This document shows, piece by piece, positions 44,406-55,662 of a stretch of DNA of 64,000 nucleotides. The stretch's first letter is position 1, and each line of letters begins with the position of its first letter. The notes below the pieces were generated by a model. That model saw only the letters and a program-made list of their open reading frames with translations, was not told the DNA's origin and searched no databases. A program made the translations under genes and the position numbers. The stretch comes from Spirochaetia bacterium (lineage in GTDB: Bacteria; Spirochaetota; Spirochaetia; DSM-16054; Sediminispirochaetaceae). The DNA lies in contig JAXHMY010000001.1 of NCBI GenBank assembly GCA_034520965.1, positions 704,001-768,000 on the forward strand, in the 5' to 3' direction.

Positions 44406-45383
44406 TTACGGCTGGCTAAAGGTGCTAGTCACGAGATAAATTATATAGACGATATAGCTAAGCAGCAGCAAGCTGCCCTCGAGACGGGTAATTTTGCCGG
44501 GTCGACCGCGAAAGCCATAACATATAACAAATAAAGAAATAGTCAAAACCGCCATCACTAGCATGTCCCTGGTGAAGACCTTGGCCTCTACACTTATTGG
44601 CTGTATGATGCCGGCAATACCAACCACAGCCAGGGTGTTGAACAAGTTTGAGCCCAGCACATTCCCAATGGCAATATCATGCTCGTTCTTACGGACAGCC
44701 GCCAAGGTTGACGCGAGCTCAGGCAGGGATGTGCCTACCGCAACAATGGTCAAGCCTATCACCAGATCACTCACCCCAAAAGCCTGGGCAATTTCCACCG
44801 CCCCCCAGACCAGAATACGAGAACTGACTATCAGCAGCACAAGTCCCGCGATCAAACTGAAAACAGCCTTAGGGACAGGAAGAGTCTTTACTTCTAAACT
44901 CTCTTCTATCTCTCTGCCAAGGGTATCCGGCTGCTTCTTCATCCCCTGCCATATGTTCCAGGCCATTACTCCGCCAAACAGGATCAACAGCACAATCGCC
45001 TCTGCCCGGGTAACAGACCCATCTTGCAGCTGCCAGGCGGAGACGGCTGTCACGGCTGTAAGAATCGGCAACTCCTTGCGCAGTACCTGTGAATGCACTG
45101 CAATAGGGCTGATAAGCGCCGTAAGTCCAAGAATCAGTGCAATATTGCTTATATTTGAACCATAGGCATTTCCGAGACCAAGACCGGGGTTCCCCTGATA
45201 CGCGGCCAGAGCCGATACCACCATCTCCGGAGCTGAAGTACCGAAGCCAATAATTACCATCCCTATCAACAATGACGGCATTCCAAAATAACGGGCGATT
45301 GTCGCAGAACCCTCAATAAAGCGATCTGCACTCCACACCAGAAGTGCCAGTCCAAATAGAACCGCACTATAATACAATGCCAT
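44406..45383 (-). CDS. Calcium/sodium antiporter (YrbG/CaCA family)
   Basis: GTSAPE...GSNISN and GTSLPE...GSNLFN alpha repeats; GAGGTG RBS. Confidence 0.92.
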   Translation of the reverse strand: MALYYSAVLFGLALLVWSADRFIEGSATIARYFGMPSLLIGMVIIGFGTSAPEMVVSALAAYQGNPGLGLGNAYGSNISNIALILGLTALISPIAVHSQVLRKELPILTAVTAVSAWQLQDGSVTRAEAIVLLILFGGVMAWNIWQGMKKQPDTLGREIEESLEVKTLPVPKAVFSLIAGLVLLIVSSRILVWGAVEIAQAFGVSDLVIGLTIVAVGTSLPELASTLAAVRKNEHDIAIGNVLGSNLFNTLAVVGIAGIIQPISVEAKVFTRDMLVMAVLTISLFVICYGFRGRPGKITRLEGSLLLLSYIVYIIYLVTSTFSQP

Positions 45384-45398
45384 CAATATCACCTCTAC

Positions 45399-45428
45399 AA
45401 AAAAACCGGCCCTCAACAGAAGGCCGGC
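45399..45428 (-). terminator. Intrinsic terminator after the ferredoxin gene
   Basis: Minus strand ccggcctt-ctgtt-gagggccgg followed by T7. Confidence 0.7.
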
Positions 45429-45450
45429 CTCTAAAACTGGAGCTTTCAGC

Positions 45451-45678
45451 TTACAGTTTTTCGATCTCTATGGCTTCGACAGGACATGCATCGCAGGCGT
45501 CCTTGGCTTCATCATACGCGTCGTCATCAAATTCGCCTACAGACATTACTCCGTCCATAGAACCATTGGTAACGTCGGCCTTACCTTCATCGTCTTCTTC
45601 ATAGTGATCGGGGTCCATAGAATAACATACACCGTCGGCGATGCATTTATCCTTGTCTACTTTGATTCGGTACTTCAT
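45451..45678 (-). CDS. Monocluster ferredoxin (CxxDxxC...CP)
   Basis: CIADGVC ... ACPVEAI, acidic, 75 aa; AAGGAGG RBS. Confidence 0.9.
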   Translation of the reverse strand: MKYRIKVDKDKCIADGVCYSMDPDHYEEDDEGKADVTNGSMDGVMSVGEFDDDAYDEAKDACDACPVEAIEIEKL

Positions 45679-45760
45679 TCTTGATCCTCCTTAAAAGACT
45701 TCATCTACTTTTGTAATGCAATGACATGCAATGTGTCAAGTCAAGATTCTAACAAATATA

Positions 45761-47284
45761 TCAATCGACCCAGTCTATGGTCCGCTGAACAGCTTTTTTC
45801 CACCCATGGATCAATTTATCCCTTTTAACGGCGGTCATTTGGGGCTTCCAGGTTTTTCCAACCTTCCAGTTCTTCTTCAAATCATCTAAATCTTTCCAAA
45901 ACCCAACCGCCAGCCCGGCAGCGTAAGCCGCACCCAGAGCGGTCGTTTCGGTTACTTCCGGACGAATAACATTTACATTCAAAGTATCCGCCTGAAACTG
46001 CATCAGTAACTCGCTGGCTACCATCCCCCCGTCAACCTTAAGATCGTTCAGATGCACATTGGAATCTTTTTCCATCGCCTCAACCAGTTCAACCACCTGA
46101 TACGCAGTCGACTCCAGTACGGCCCTGGCTATATGTGCTTTGGTGATGTAATGAGTAAGCCCGGCAATAATACCGCGGGCACTGCTGTTCCAATGCGGGG
46201 CGAAGAGTCCGGAGAAGGCCGGAACAATGTAGATACCCCCGTTATCCTCAACCTGGTCGGCCAGATCGTTAATTTCAGGTGCCTCGCTAATCATCTTAAG
46301 GTTGTCCCGAACCCACTGCACCAGAGAACCGGCCACCGCAATTGACCCCTCCAGCGCATAGACGGCCGGCTGGTCCCCAATTTTGAAACCAACAGTAGTC
46401 AATAAACCGTGCTTTGACTGAACCGGCTCCTCTCCAGTATTCAAAAGGAGAAAGCCTCCGGTTCCATAGGTGCTCTTCGCTTCGCCGGGGGTATAGCAGA
46501 TCTGTCCAAACAGGGCAGCCTGCTGATCTCCCAAAATACCTGCAACCGGTATTTTAGTACCAAAGGGCCCATCTTCTGTAGTATACCCAAAGAAAGAGGG
46601 ATCGCTGGAAGGGCGAATCTCCGGCAGCATCGACGGGCTGGCCTCCATCACCCTCATCATATCCGGATCCCACTGAAGGGTATTGATATTCATCAACATT
46701 GTCCGTGAAGCATTAGTTACATCGGTTATATGTGAGCCCCCCTGGGGCCCTCCGGTGAGCCACCATACTACCCAGGTATCAATGGTGCCAAACAGGGCAT
46801 CACCCTTTTCCGCCGCCATTTTTGCCTCGGGGACATTGTCCATTATCCACTTCATTTTTGGACCGGCAAAATAGGTGGCCAGGGGCAGACCAACTTTTTC
46901 ACGGAAGCAATCTTTATCTCCGTTTTCGGCTAAGGCCTCAATGATTTCTGAGGTACGGGTATCCTGCCAGACAATCGCATTGTAATAGGGTTTACCGGTA
47001 TTCTTATCCCATACAAGGGTCGTCTCGCGTTGGTTTGTAATACCGATAGAGGCAATTTCATCGCTGCTCACGCCGGCCTCTTTCAGGGTTACCTTGATCA
47101 CCTCTTGGGTACGCTCCCAAATCTCAAGGGGATCATGTTCAACCCAGCCTGCCCGGGGAAAGAACTGCTTATGTTCTATCTGATGTGAAGCAACTATTTG
47201 CCCGTCCTTATCAAACAAGATAAACCGGGAACTTGTTGTTCCCTGGTCAATTGAACCAATATATTTTTTCTCTTTCATCGCCAC
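45761..47284 (-). CDS. glpK: Glycerol kinase
   Basis: [41 protein letters not shown] and ETTALGAA motifs. Confidence 0.97.
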   Translation of the reverse strand: MAMKEKKYIGSIDQGTTSSRFILFDKDGQIVASHQIEHKQFFPRAGWVEHDPLEIWERTQEVIKVTLKEAGVSSDEIASIGITNQRETTLVWDKNTGKPYYNAIVWQDTRTSEIIEALAENGDKDCFREKVGLPLATYFAGPKMKWIMDNVPEAKMAAEKGDALFGTIDTWVVWWLTGGPQGGSHITDVTNASRTMLMNINTLQWDPDMMRVMEASPSMLPEIRPSSDPSFFGYTTEDGPFGTKIPVAGILGDQQAALFGQICYTPGEAKSTYGTGGFLLLNTGEEPVQSKHGLLTTVGFKIGDQPAVYALEGSIAVAGSLVQWVRDNLKMISEAPEINDLADQVEDNGGIYIVPAFSGLFAPHWNSSARGIIAGLTHYITKAHIARAVLESTAYQVVELVEAMEKDSNVHLNDLKVDGGMVASELLMQFQADTLNVNVIRPEVTETTALGAAYAAGLAVGFWKDLDDLKKNWKVGKTWKPQMTAVKRDKLIHGWKKAVQRTIDWVD

Positions 47285-47312
47285 ACCTCTTCTTTATACA
47301 AACTTGTGGATT

Positions 47313-47442
47313 ATTTTATAACTGCTCTGGGCAGGTGTCAAGAAAACGTTATTATTAATTCTCAAGAGAACACTGTTATAATTACATTTGGAACATAAAC
47401 ATACATTTTTCGATTGACAAAGCAATCTAGTAAACTTACACT
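47313..47442. promoter_or_regulatory. Divergent sigma70 promoters for glpK and the DeoR regulator
   Basis: Minus strand TTGACA-17-TAAAAT; plus strand TTGACA-17-TACACT. Confidence 0.6.
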
Positions 47443-47466
47443 ATCAATCATAGATGGGAGCATTAC

Positions 47467-48252
47467 ATGGCTGAATCATACATACCGGCTGATAGACAGT
47501 CCAGAATACAAAAGCTCATTCAAGAACAGGGCATCGTAAAGGTAGCTGAACTGAGTAAAATGTTCGGAGTTACCGAACTTACCATACGCCGCGACCTGGA
47601 CGTGCTGGAAAGACATGGAGTCCTCGACCGAACCCACGGCGGGGCTATTCTGCGCCACCGAATGCGAATAGAACCGCTGTATACCGAAAAAGATCAAATT
47701 AACCGCGGGTCAAAGGAACTCATTGGACAGGCGGTAAACCGGTATGTAGAAGAGGGAGATACCCTGCTGATTAACACCGGCTCCACTACCGCCCAGGTGT
47801 TACGGCATCTTTCCGGAAAAAAACTGAGGGTCATAACCAGTAATGCCGGTGCAGTTGTTGAAGTAAAAGACCCCGAGGTTGAACTAATTTTAACCGGCGG
47901 TCTTTTCAGGCGTCAGTCAAATTCTTTAATCGGCGGATTTGCCCATTACGTATTAGATCATATATGCGGCAGCAAGGCTATTATCGGTATCGACGGCATC
48001 AGCATCAACTACGGACTCACCACTCCCATACACCAGGAAGCAGAGGTCACTCGCTTGATGATAGAACGAACCCAAGGGCCAGTCATAGTGGTAGCCGATC
48101 ACACCAAAATGGGAGTAGTGTCCAACTTTGTAACCGCCCCGATTGAAAAAATCAGCATGCTTATCACCGATAAAAACATCGAAACAGACTTTCGTGAAGA
48201 ACTAGAACGCCGCAATATCAAAGTGGTAATCGCCGAAGAAGCCCTTCGATAG
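47467..48252 (+). CDS. DeoR/GlpR-family transcriptional regulator
   Basis: ELSKMFGVTELTIRRDL...RTHGGA HTH and GSTT..ADHTK sensor domain; divergent from glpK. Confidence 0.92.
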   Translation: MAESYIPADRQSRIQKLIQEQGIVKVAELSKMFGVTELTIRRDLDVLERHGVLDRTHGGAILRHRMRIEPLYTEKDQINRGSKELIGQAVNRYVEEGDTLLINTGSTTAQVLRHLSGKKLRVITSNAGAVVEVKDPEVELILTGGLFRRQSNSLIGGFAHYVLDHICGSKAIIGIDGISINYGLTTPIHQEAEVTRLMIERTQGPVIVVADHTKMGVVSNFVTAPIEKISMLITDKNIETDFREELERRNIKVVIAEEALR

Positions 48253-48272
48253 ATTTACAAAACATACCCTAC

Positions 48273-48310
48273 AAAGAAAAGCGGCCCCCAGAATAATCCG
48301 GAAGGCCGCT
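48273..48310 (-). terminator. Intrinsic terminator after malic enzyme, possibly bidirectional
   Basis: Minus strand gcggccttccgga...tctgggggccgc-ttttcttt. Confidence 0.7.
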
Positions 48311-48353
48311 CTTATTTATTTTTACCGCTATTTTTGCCTATAGATTTTGTTTT

Positions 48354-49634
48354 TTATTCCCAGTACTTCTCTATACGTGTGCGCAGCTGTAGCACATAGG
48401 CATCCCAGTCTTTAATGGGTTCGCGGGCGACCCCCTCTTCAACTGCCTTTTTCGCAACCGCTACAGCCTCCCATTCAATTACCCTCGGGTCAAAGGGCTT
48501 TGGAACGATATAGTTTTTTCCAAATTTAAAATCGGTATTGTTGTAGGCCTTTTTTACCGCATCAGGTACAGGCTCTTTTGCCAACGCGGCTAAAGCCTTG
48601 GCGGCGGCAATCTTCATACCTTCGGTGATATTAGTTGCGCGGACATCCAAGGCTCCCCGAAAGATAAAAGGAAAGCCAAGCACATTATTGATCTGGTTGG
48701 GAAAATCACTCCGACCGGTAGCCATAATAACATCATCCCGGGTTTCAATGGCCAAGTCGTAGGTAATTTCGGGATCAGGGTTTGCCATGGCAAACACAAT
48801 CGGATCTCTGTTCATAGTCTTCAGCATTGCCGGGGTCACCGAATCTTTTACCGATACCCCAACAAACACATCGGTCTCACGCATGGCGTCTTCGAGTGAG
48901 CGGAGCTCAGTATCGGCGGCAAACTCTTCCTTCTCCGGGTTAAGCGTACCAGGCCGGCCGTTGTAGATAACCCCTTTGCTGTCGCACATTACCAAATTCT
49001 CTTTCTTTACTCCCAGCTCAACGAACAGTCGTGCACAGGAGATGCCCGCAGCACCGGCACCGTTGAACACAACTTTGATCTCTTCAATCTTTTTTCCGTT
49101 GATTTCAAGGGCATTCAAAAGCCCGGCGGCACTGATAATAGCGGTTCCATGCTGGTCATCATGAAAAATCGGGATGTTGGTAATCTTTTTTAGCTCATTT
49201 TCAATACGAAAACAATCGGGAGCCTTAATATCCTCCAGGTTTATTCCACCAAAGGTCGGTTCCATGAGTTTTACTGTTCTGATAATTTCATCGGCATCTT
49301 CAGTATCAAGTTCGATATCGAATACATCCACATCGGCGAAGCGTTTGAACAGAACGGCCTTGCCTTCCATTACCGGCTTACTGGCCAGGGCTCCCTGATT
49401 TCCTAAACCCAGAATTGCAGTACCGTTGGAAACCACCGCTACCAGGTTCCCGCGGCTGGTATATTTAAAACTGTCCTCCGGATTATTGGCTATCTCCATT
49501 ACCGGTTTGGCTACCCCGGGGGTATAGGCCAGGGATAAATCCTCAGAAGTCTGACAGGGTTTTGTTGCCACTATCGCCAGTTTTCCCGGCTGTCCCTCCG
49601 AATGATATTTGAGCGCTCTTTCTTTTAAATCCAT
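48354..49634 (-). CDS. NAD(P)-dependent malic enzyme without a PTA domain
   Basis: [43 protein letters not shown] and [15 protein letters not shown] motifs. Confidence 0.94.
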   Translation of the reverse strand: MDLKERALKYHSEGQPGKLAIVATKPCQTSEDLSLAYTPGVAKPVMEIANNPEDSFKYTSRGNLVAVVSNGTAILGLGNQGALASKPVMEGKAVLFKRFADVDVFDIELDTEDADEIIRTVKLMEPTFGGINLEDIKAPDCFRIENELKKITNIPIFHDDQHGTAIISAAGLLNALEINGKKIEEIKVVFNGAGAAGISCARLFVELGVKKENLVMCDSKGVIYNGRPGTLNPEKEEFAADTELRSLEDAMRETDVFVGVSVKDSVTPAMLKTMNRDPIVFAMANPDPEITYDLAIETRDDVIMATGRSDFPNQINNVLGFPFIFRGALDVRATNITEGMKIAAAKALAALAKEPVPDAVKKAYNNTDFKFGKNYIVPKPFDPRVIEWEAVAVAKKAVEEGVAREPIKDWDAYVLQLRTRIEKYWE

Positions 49635-49661
49635 GTATAGTTCTCCTCTATTATATATATA

Positions 49662-49730
49662 CTATTAAGAAAATAGCCGTATACGGCTATTTTCATCGTT
49701 TCGCTTGTCGCGAAGCAGCATGCGAAACTA
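49662..49730. repeat. 69-bp double-hairpin repeat, copy 2; its terminal TAG is the stop codon of the Ldh_2 gene
   Basis: 62/69 identical to 3021-3089. Confidence 0.85.
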
Positions 49731-50840
49731 TTTTTCAAAATCGAAGGTATAGGGAAGATTAAACCTGTCCCGTACTTCTATTATCTGCTGCTGCAGTTTT
49801 GTATCGACCTTTGCTCCCTTGTCCTTGCGGTACAGCCAGGCCTCATGCTCTTTCTCGCCGGCGGTGTATATTTTTTCCGCACCCGGCATTTTTTCAGAGT
49901 CTCGCAGTTTACGCAGAATATCCCCGGCAATTCGCTTAAAAATATCCGAACCCAGGAAAGACTCAATGTTTATTGCGATAAAAAAGTGGCCCAGGGGATA
50001 GGGAATCTTGTTTCCATCTTTATCGTATCCCAGCAGGTCTTTCAGATATTTTCCATCCTGCAGGGCTGCAGACAGTACTTCTACCACCGTAGCGTAACCG
50101 TAACCCTTGTAACCACCGGTCTGTTCTCCAATTCCACCTAGAGGGGCAAGCGCAGCAGTTCCGGCAACAAGGTCTTTCAACACCTGGGCCGAATCTGTTT
50201 TTGTCTTACCATCCTTGCCGAGCACCCAGCCTTCCGGCAGGTCCTTCCCCAGCCGTGAGTAGGCTTCGATCTTTCCGCGCTGTGAAACCGAGGTGGCACA
50301 GTCGAGGACAAAGGGAAACTCTTCGTCAGTGGGAAAACCGATGGTCAGGGGGTTCGTTCCAAGCATGTTTTCTATACCAAAGGTCGGAGCGATCGAAGGG
50401 CGAGCATTTGTACCGGTAATACCAATCATATTGTTCTCGGCCGCCATAAGCGCGTAGTAACCGGCGATTCCGTAATGCGTGGTATTTCGTACAGCAACCA
50501 TTCCCATACCGTTCTCTTTCGCCTTGTCTATGGCCATCTGCATCGACTTCTTGCCTATTACATGGCCCATACCGTTATGTCCATCAACCACCGCAGTAGT
50601 TGGTCCATCTTTTACCACTTCAAACTCGGTCTTGGTATTCAGAATACCATCGTCGATTCTATTGATGTAGATTGGTTTAAATCTTCCAATTCCATGAGAG
50701 TCGATACCCCGCTTATCCGAAGTAATCAGGACATCCGCACACACTGCTGCATCTTCCCGAGGTACTCCAATTGCCTCAAACGCATCCGTCATAAACCGTT
50801 CTAACAGATCAAAATCTACCCATACAAAATCTTCTGCCAT
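49728..50840 (-). CDS. Ldh_2-family (malate/L-lactate/sulfolactate dehydrogenase-like) oxidoreductase
   Basis: DKRGIDSHG, HYGIAGYY, LGTNPL, LDCATS and GGYKGYG motifs. Confidence 0.9.
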   Translation of the reverse strand: MAEDFVWVDFDLLERFMTDAFEAIGVPREDAAVCADVLITSDKRGIDSHGIGRFKPIYINRIDDGILNTKTEFEVVKDGPTTAVVDGHNGMGHVIGKKSMQMAIDKAKENGMGMVAVRNTTHYGIAGYYALMAAENNMIGITGTNARPSIAPTFGIENMLGTNPLTIGFPTDEEFPFVLDCATSVSQRGKIEAYSRLGKDLPEGWVLGKDGKTKTDSAQVLKDLVAGTAALAPLGGIGEQTGGYKGYGYATVVEVLSAALQDGKYLKDLLGYDKDGNKIPYPLGHFFIAINIESFLGSDIFKRIAGDILRKLRDSEKMPGAEKIYTAGEKEHEAWLYRKDKGAKVDTKLQQQIIEVRDRFNLPYTFDFEK

Positions 50841-50961
50841 TCTATGTTCCTCCTAAACTCAACCGGATTCTTCCGGTTAATATATTATTTTCATTACCTA
50901 AGTAATGATCTCATGTTCATTTTTGTTTGTCAATGAATATTTGTAAACTATTTTGTGTGTT

Positions 50962-52775
50962 TTATAACTCCTCTACACTACAGGCGGCTTCACTTCCCTG
51001 CTTAACTTGGAACTTCTCCATCTCAGAGTCGAGTTCATGAATGCTTTTGCTGTTCACGCTGTTCAAGCTGTTCACTTTTTTTATCATTGATTCCATTTCA
51101 CGAATTTCCTTCCCAAGATAGTCGATCTCTTCATCTACACTGCTGCCGATTGAATAGACCTGTTTTATTGAGTCGTCGGTACTATTAACGCCGCTATGAA
51201 TAGATTCGGTTTTTTCTTGTATATCATTGGTAGCGGTGTTGAGAGAATTCATGGCATTCATTATCTCATTACTGCCGAGGGCTATTTCCTGGATGCTTGA
51301 ACTTATTTCAGACAAAGCATCATCGGAACTTCGAGTCTCTTTTAATATTTGCTCGAAGTTATTCTGCAGTTCCAGGCTCCCGTCATACACCTCATTTACC
51401 CGTTCCGCCATAGCGTTCATGGTGCTTTTAATTTTCTTTGCATTCGCATTGGTAGATTCCGCCAGCTTTCGAATTTCGTCTGCCACCACTGCAAAACCCC
51501 TGCCCGCATCACCGGCATGGGCAGCCTCGATTGCCGCGTTCATAGCCAACAGGTTGGTCTGACCGGCGATATTGTTGATTAAAGCTATAACCTCGCCAAC
51601 TTCCTTGGTATCCTGCGCATTTTGCTCGATAAGGACGTTCTTTATCGACGAATCTTCTCGCCACCGCTTTCAGTAATTTCAACCATCTGTGCGCTGGAGG
51701 CCTTTCTCTTTTTCGCAATTTCCACCACGTTTTCAATTGATGCATTCATTTCTTCAACTGAAGCGGTAGACTGATTGACCGCGGAGGACTGATTTTCAAT
51801 GTGTTCGGCAAAACTATCCAAGTGCTGCTTTATTGTAGCGGTTGCAGTCTCACTCTGCCGCAGAAGAACTCGATCGTACTGCATTGTACTTTCTGATTTA
51901 GTCCATCAACCCGCTTAAGCATGTTCTGCACTGCATGCACCGAAGTCTCGGAGGCAGCATCAACCTCATTTTTCTGGGCGCTTGACTGCTCAGAAAGCTG
52001 CTGAACCTGCCCTATTGTTCTACAGAACAGCTGTAGAAAACCGTTGATTGTTTTGGATATATCGGTAATTTCATCTCTGCCCTCCTCGGACAATAGCTGA
52101 GTAAGGTCGCCGGTCTCAAGCCGTTTGATTCCCTGCTCCAAGTTCAATATGCGAAGACGTAAATGCCGAAGGATGTGTACCGCCATTATGAGCACGACGA
52201 TCACCACCAGGGCTGCCAGAACAAGCACTAGCTTGCGGCTGCTCGACTCTTTTTCAGCACTGGCTAACTGAATATTATCGCCTATGGCGTCCAGCTGCGT
52301 ACTTACGCGGGTACTAAAGTTTTTCGATAAAGTCTCAACCATATCCAGGGTGGCCTGTACAAGATCATCCTCGTAATACACCGACGCTTCAAACAGACCG
52401 GGCAAATAGGTGCTATATTTTTGTTCCAGATCCTCAACATTGCGTTTTATTTCTGAAATTTTGTGCATCATTCATTAAAAACATATTCTCGAGGGTGGTA
52501 GTATCACTTTCAATGCTGCTGTTAGCCTCTAAAAACTGCTGATACAGGGGCCTACGAAAGAAGCTCTGCATCTCCTCCCGCATACTGGTGTAGCGTTCCT
52601 GAAAGGCTGCATGCTCTTCTTTCAGCTCCGATCCGAACATCATTCTATCCAACTGCAGATTAGTTTCGTATACATGGGACTTTAAGTCCTTCATGGAACT
52701 AATCAAACTGTTGTAGTTCTCATTTAATCGAAGCTGATAAAACAGCATTCCCGACACATCAAGGCCGAAGAAAAT
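50962..52775 (-). pseudogene. Methyl-accepting chemotaxis protein, several frameshifts, 5' end missing
   Basis: [33 protein letters not shown] tip, HAMP (GRDEITDI) and TM2 in upstream fragments; no start or RBS at the junction with the SBP gene. Confidence 0.8.
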
Positions 52776-54438
52776 TGGCCTTCGGTGAGCCGGGCTGGTC
52801 AAGCCAGTATTGCGGGTCACGCGGTTCGTTCAACTCGGGTGAGAACTGCTTCAGATTCATCTTACCCATCAGATCATCCATATCTGCTGCAAGCTGGTTC
52901 ATTCTTTCAGTGCCTCACGGTTACGCAAGGAGTTCTTCCACCACTGCTCGGCAAGCAACGGATAATGAGGTACGTTAGGACCGGTATCTGTCCACATGTA
53001 TTCTACCGGAGATTTGTAGAAGGTGATTATACCACCATAGGTATGCTTCGCCTCTTCATCTGCCAGGTAGTCGGATTCTACAGTACTGCGGCGAACAGGA
53101 GTTCGTCCAACCAGGAACTTCTTAAGGCTGACGGACTTGGAAACTGCAAACTGAGCCCACAGCCATGCGGCGGCGCGGTCGTCGCCCTTTACACTGTTTT
53201 TCAAAATGGTCCAGCTACCTGCATCCTGATATCCAACCTTCATACCTTCGTCCCAGTATTTACCATGGATCGGAGCAACACGCCATAGAGGGGTGCCGTC
53301 GTCGTCGGTTACGGGGCTGTCGGGATCGTTGAAAGCCGGGTCTGCAAGCCAGGTGATGTACTGGAAGGGGCGCTGGGCTACGTTACCACGGGAGGGAGTA
53401 GGACCGGCTTCCGACCAGGTCATAGAAGCAGCATAAGGAGGCGCAAAATTTTTCATCCACTCTACGTACTTAGTGGTAGCGTAAATTGCTGCGGGACTGT
53501 TTGCTGCACCACCGCGGGATACGGATGCACCCTTCGGTATTTTGTTCTCTACACGAATTCCCCATTCATCAACTGGAAGGCCGTTAGGAATACCTTTGTC
53601 GCCGGCGCCCGCTATGGAGAGCCATGCATCGGTAAAACGCCAACCGAGGGAAGGAGATTTTTTACCGTAGTCCATGTGGCCGTATACATCGACACCGTCG
53701 ATAGTTCCGTCACCGTTGACTTCATTGGTAAAGAAATTGGCAATATCTTCGTAGGCGGCCCAGTTCACCGGAACACCAAGTTCATAGCCGTAAATATCTT
53801 CAAACTGAGCTTTGAAATCGGGATCGGTAAACCAGTCGTAACGGAACCAGTACAGGTTGGCAAACTGTTGATCCGGAAGCTGCAGTTGGTTGCCGTCGTA
53901 ATCCTGGCCGAATTCAGGGTTGAGCCAGTCGTTAATGTCCAGCATCGGGTTAGTTACTTTTGCACCTTCTCCAACCATATAGTTGTTCAGGTTCAAAGCG
54001 CTGTTTGCTCGCAGGTGAGTACCGATCAGGTCGGCATCATTTACATAAATGTCGTAAAGTTTACGTCCAGTCTGCATTTGACGCTGTACGCGGTCGACTA
54101 CTTCGCCTTCACCAATAATATCGTGGGGTTACTTTAATACCGGTAATATCTTCAAAAGCCTCGGCCAAAACCTCGGCTTCCCACTTATGAGTGGCAATAC
54201 CTTCGGCAACTGACTTGATGTGCATGCCGCGATACGGTTCGGCGGCCTTTGCAAACCATTCCAGTTCTTGACGCTGTTCCTCTTTAGAAAGAACTGAAGG
54301 TGAAAACTCTTCAATCCATTTCTCGATAACTTCGCTGCTTTCCTCGGCGGTCATTTCTTCCTGCTGGCCTTCGCCAAACAGGGTTGCCGGTACGATCAGC
54401 AGCATTACTGCTATTAGCAGTACAAGAGCTCTTCTCAT
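52759..54438 (-). CDS. glpV: Glycerol ABC transporter substrate-binding protein, frameshifted and apparently C-terminally cut
   Basis: Signal peptide from ATG 54438; ELEWF, LPDQQFANLYWFRYDWF, GVPVNWAAYEDIA, LGWRFTDAWLS and GYQDAGSWT. Confidence 0.82.
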
Positions 54439-54518
54439 AACACTCTCCTTTTTTATTTTTTGGTCTTTCTTGAGTCCTTGCAGGACTTTGTTGTTTTCAT
54501 TTGTTCCAGCCAGTCTTC

Positions 54519-54818
54519 TCAACCCCACTTGAACTCTACGAAAAACCAGATTGCCGCAACTACTACTGCTCCCAGTAGCATATTCTCCCCGAAAATTCCC
54601 AGCCACATAAGGAGAATCGCTATAGTCGACAGTATTCCAATGAAAAGGCGATCTCCCCGGCCGGTTTCAATCGGCAGGAAGCCCTTTCTATCTACGTTCG
54701 GGCTGTATCGGTTCAACACAGCAAGAAATGAGATTGAACCGAAAATTGCCAAGAAAAACAGCCCGCTCTGCCATGTCCAATACATCCACCCGAAGGTTTG
54801 TATTAACCAGTCTATCAT
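54519..54818 (-). CDS. glpU: DUF2160 small membrane protein of the glycerol ABC system
   Basis: WMYWTW...RKGFLPIETGRGDRLFIG motif, located between permease and SBP. Confidence 0.82.
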   Translation of the reverse strand: MIDWLIQTFGWMYWTWQSGLFFLAIFGSISFLAVLNRYSPNVDRKGFLPIETGRGDRLFIGILSTIAILLMWLGIFGENMLLGAVVVAAIWFFVEFKWG

Positions 54819-54838
54819 TTGTTATACCCTTCCATTTG

Positions 54839-55662
54839 TTACACCCTTCCTAAGGCAAAGCCTTTGGCCATGTAGTTTCGTACGAAATATACCACTATTG
54901 CGCCCGGTATGATGGTCAGTACACCAGCGGCGGCCAATAGTCCCCATTTCACCCCTTCTGCTCCAATTCCAACTGTCAAAGTTACTACCACCGGTTTCGC
55001 CTCAGTAATAGTTGCTGCCTTGGCAATAATCAACTCGACCCATGAAAAGGTGAAGCTGAAGAAGGCGGTCACACCAATTCCCGGAGCTACCAGGGGAAAG
55101 AAAATCTCCCGCAAAAAGTGGGGGAAAGCTGGAGCCGTTGAGAAAGGCGGTTGGTGTCATCTATCTCCTTGGGTATGCCGGACATAAATCCCTCTAAAAT
55201 CCAGATGGCTAAGGGAATATTGAACAGGCTGTGTCCCAGGGCAACCGCCAGATGGGTATCGTGAATGCCAAGTGTAAAAAACAACTCAGTAAAGGGCACA
55301 ATAAAGATCGCCGCAGGAGCCATTCGGTTTGTCAGCAGCCAGAAGAACAGATGCTTATCTCCCAAAAAGTTATAGCGTGAAAAAGCATAGGCTCCCGGGA
55401 TAGCAACTACCAGAACAATTATTACATTCAAAAACACATAGGTAAGGGAGTTTCTAAAACTATTCATCCAGGTACTCGAGGTGAATATTTCCACATAGTT
55501 CTTAAAGGTCAGTTCCTTCGGAAAGAAGGATAATCCGCTCAGTATTTCGGTGTCGTACTTCAATGAGGTAATCAGCATCCAGTAAATCGGGATGAACAAC
55601 AGGATGAAGTAGACGATTAGGAAAATATATCGTTTTTGTAGTTTCTTTTGATCACGTCTCAT
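54839..55662 (-). CDS. glpQ: Carbohydrate ABC permease, disrupted near 55130-55150
   Basis: HLFFWLLTNRMAP, WILEGFMSGIPKEID, then APGIGVTAFF..SWVEL and FVRNYMAKGFALGRV. Confidence 0.8.
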
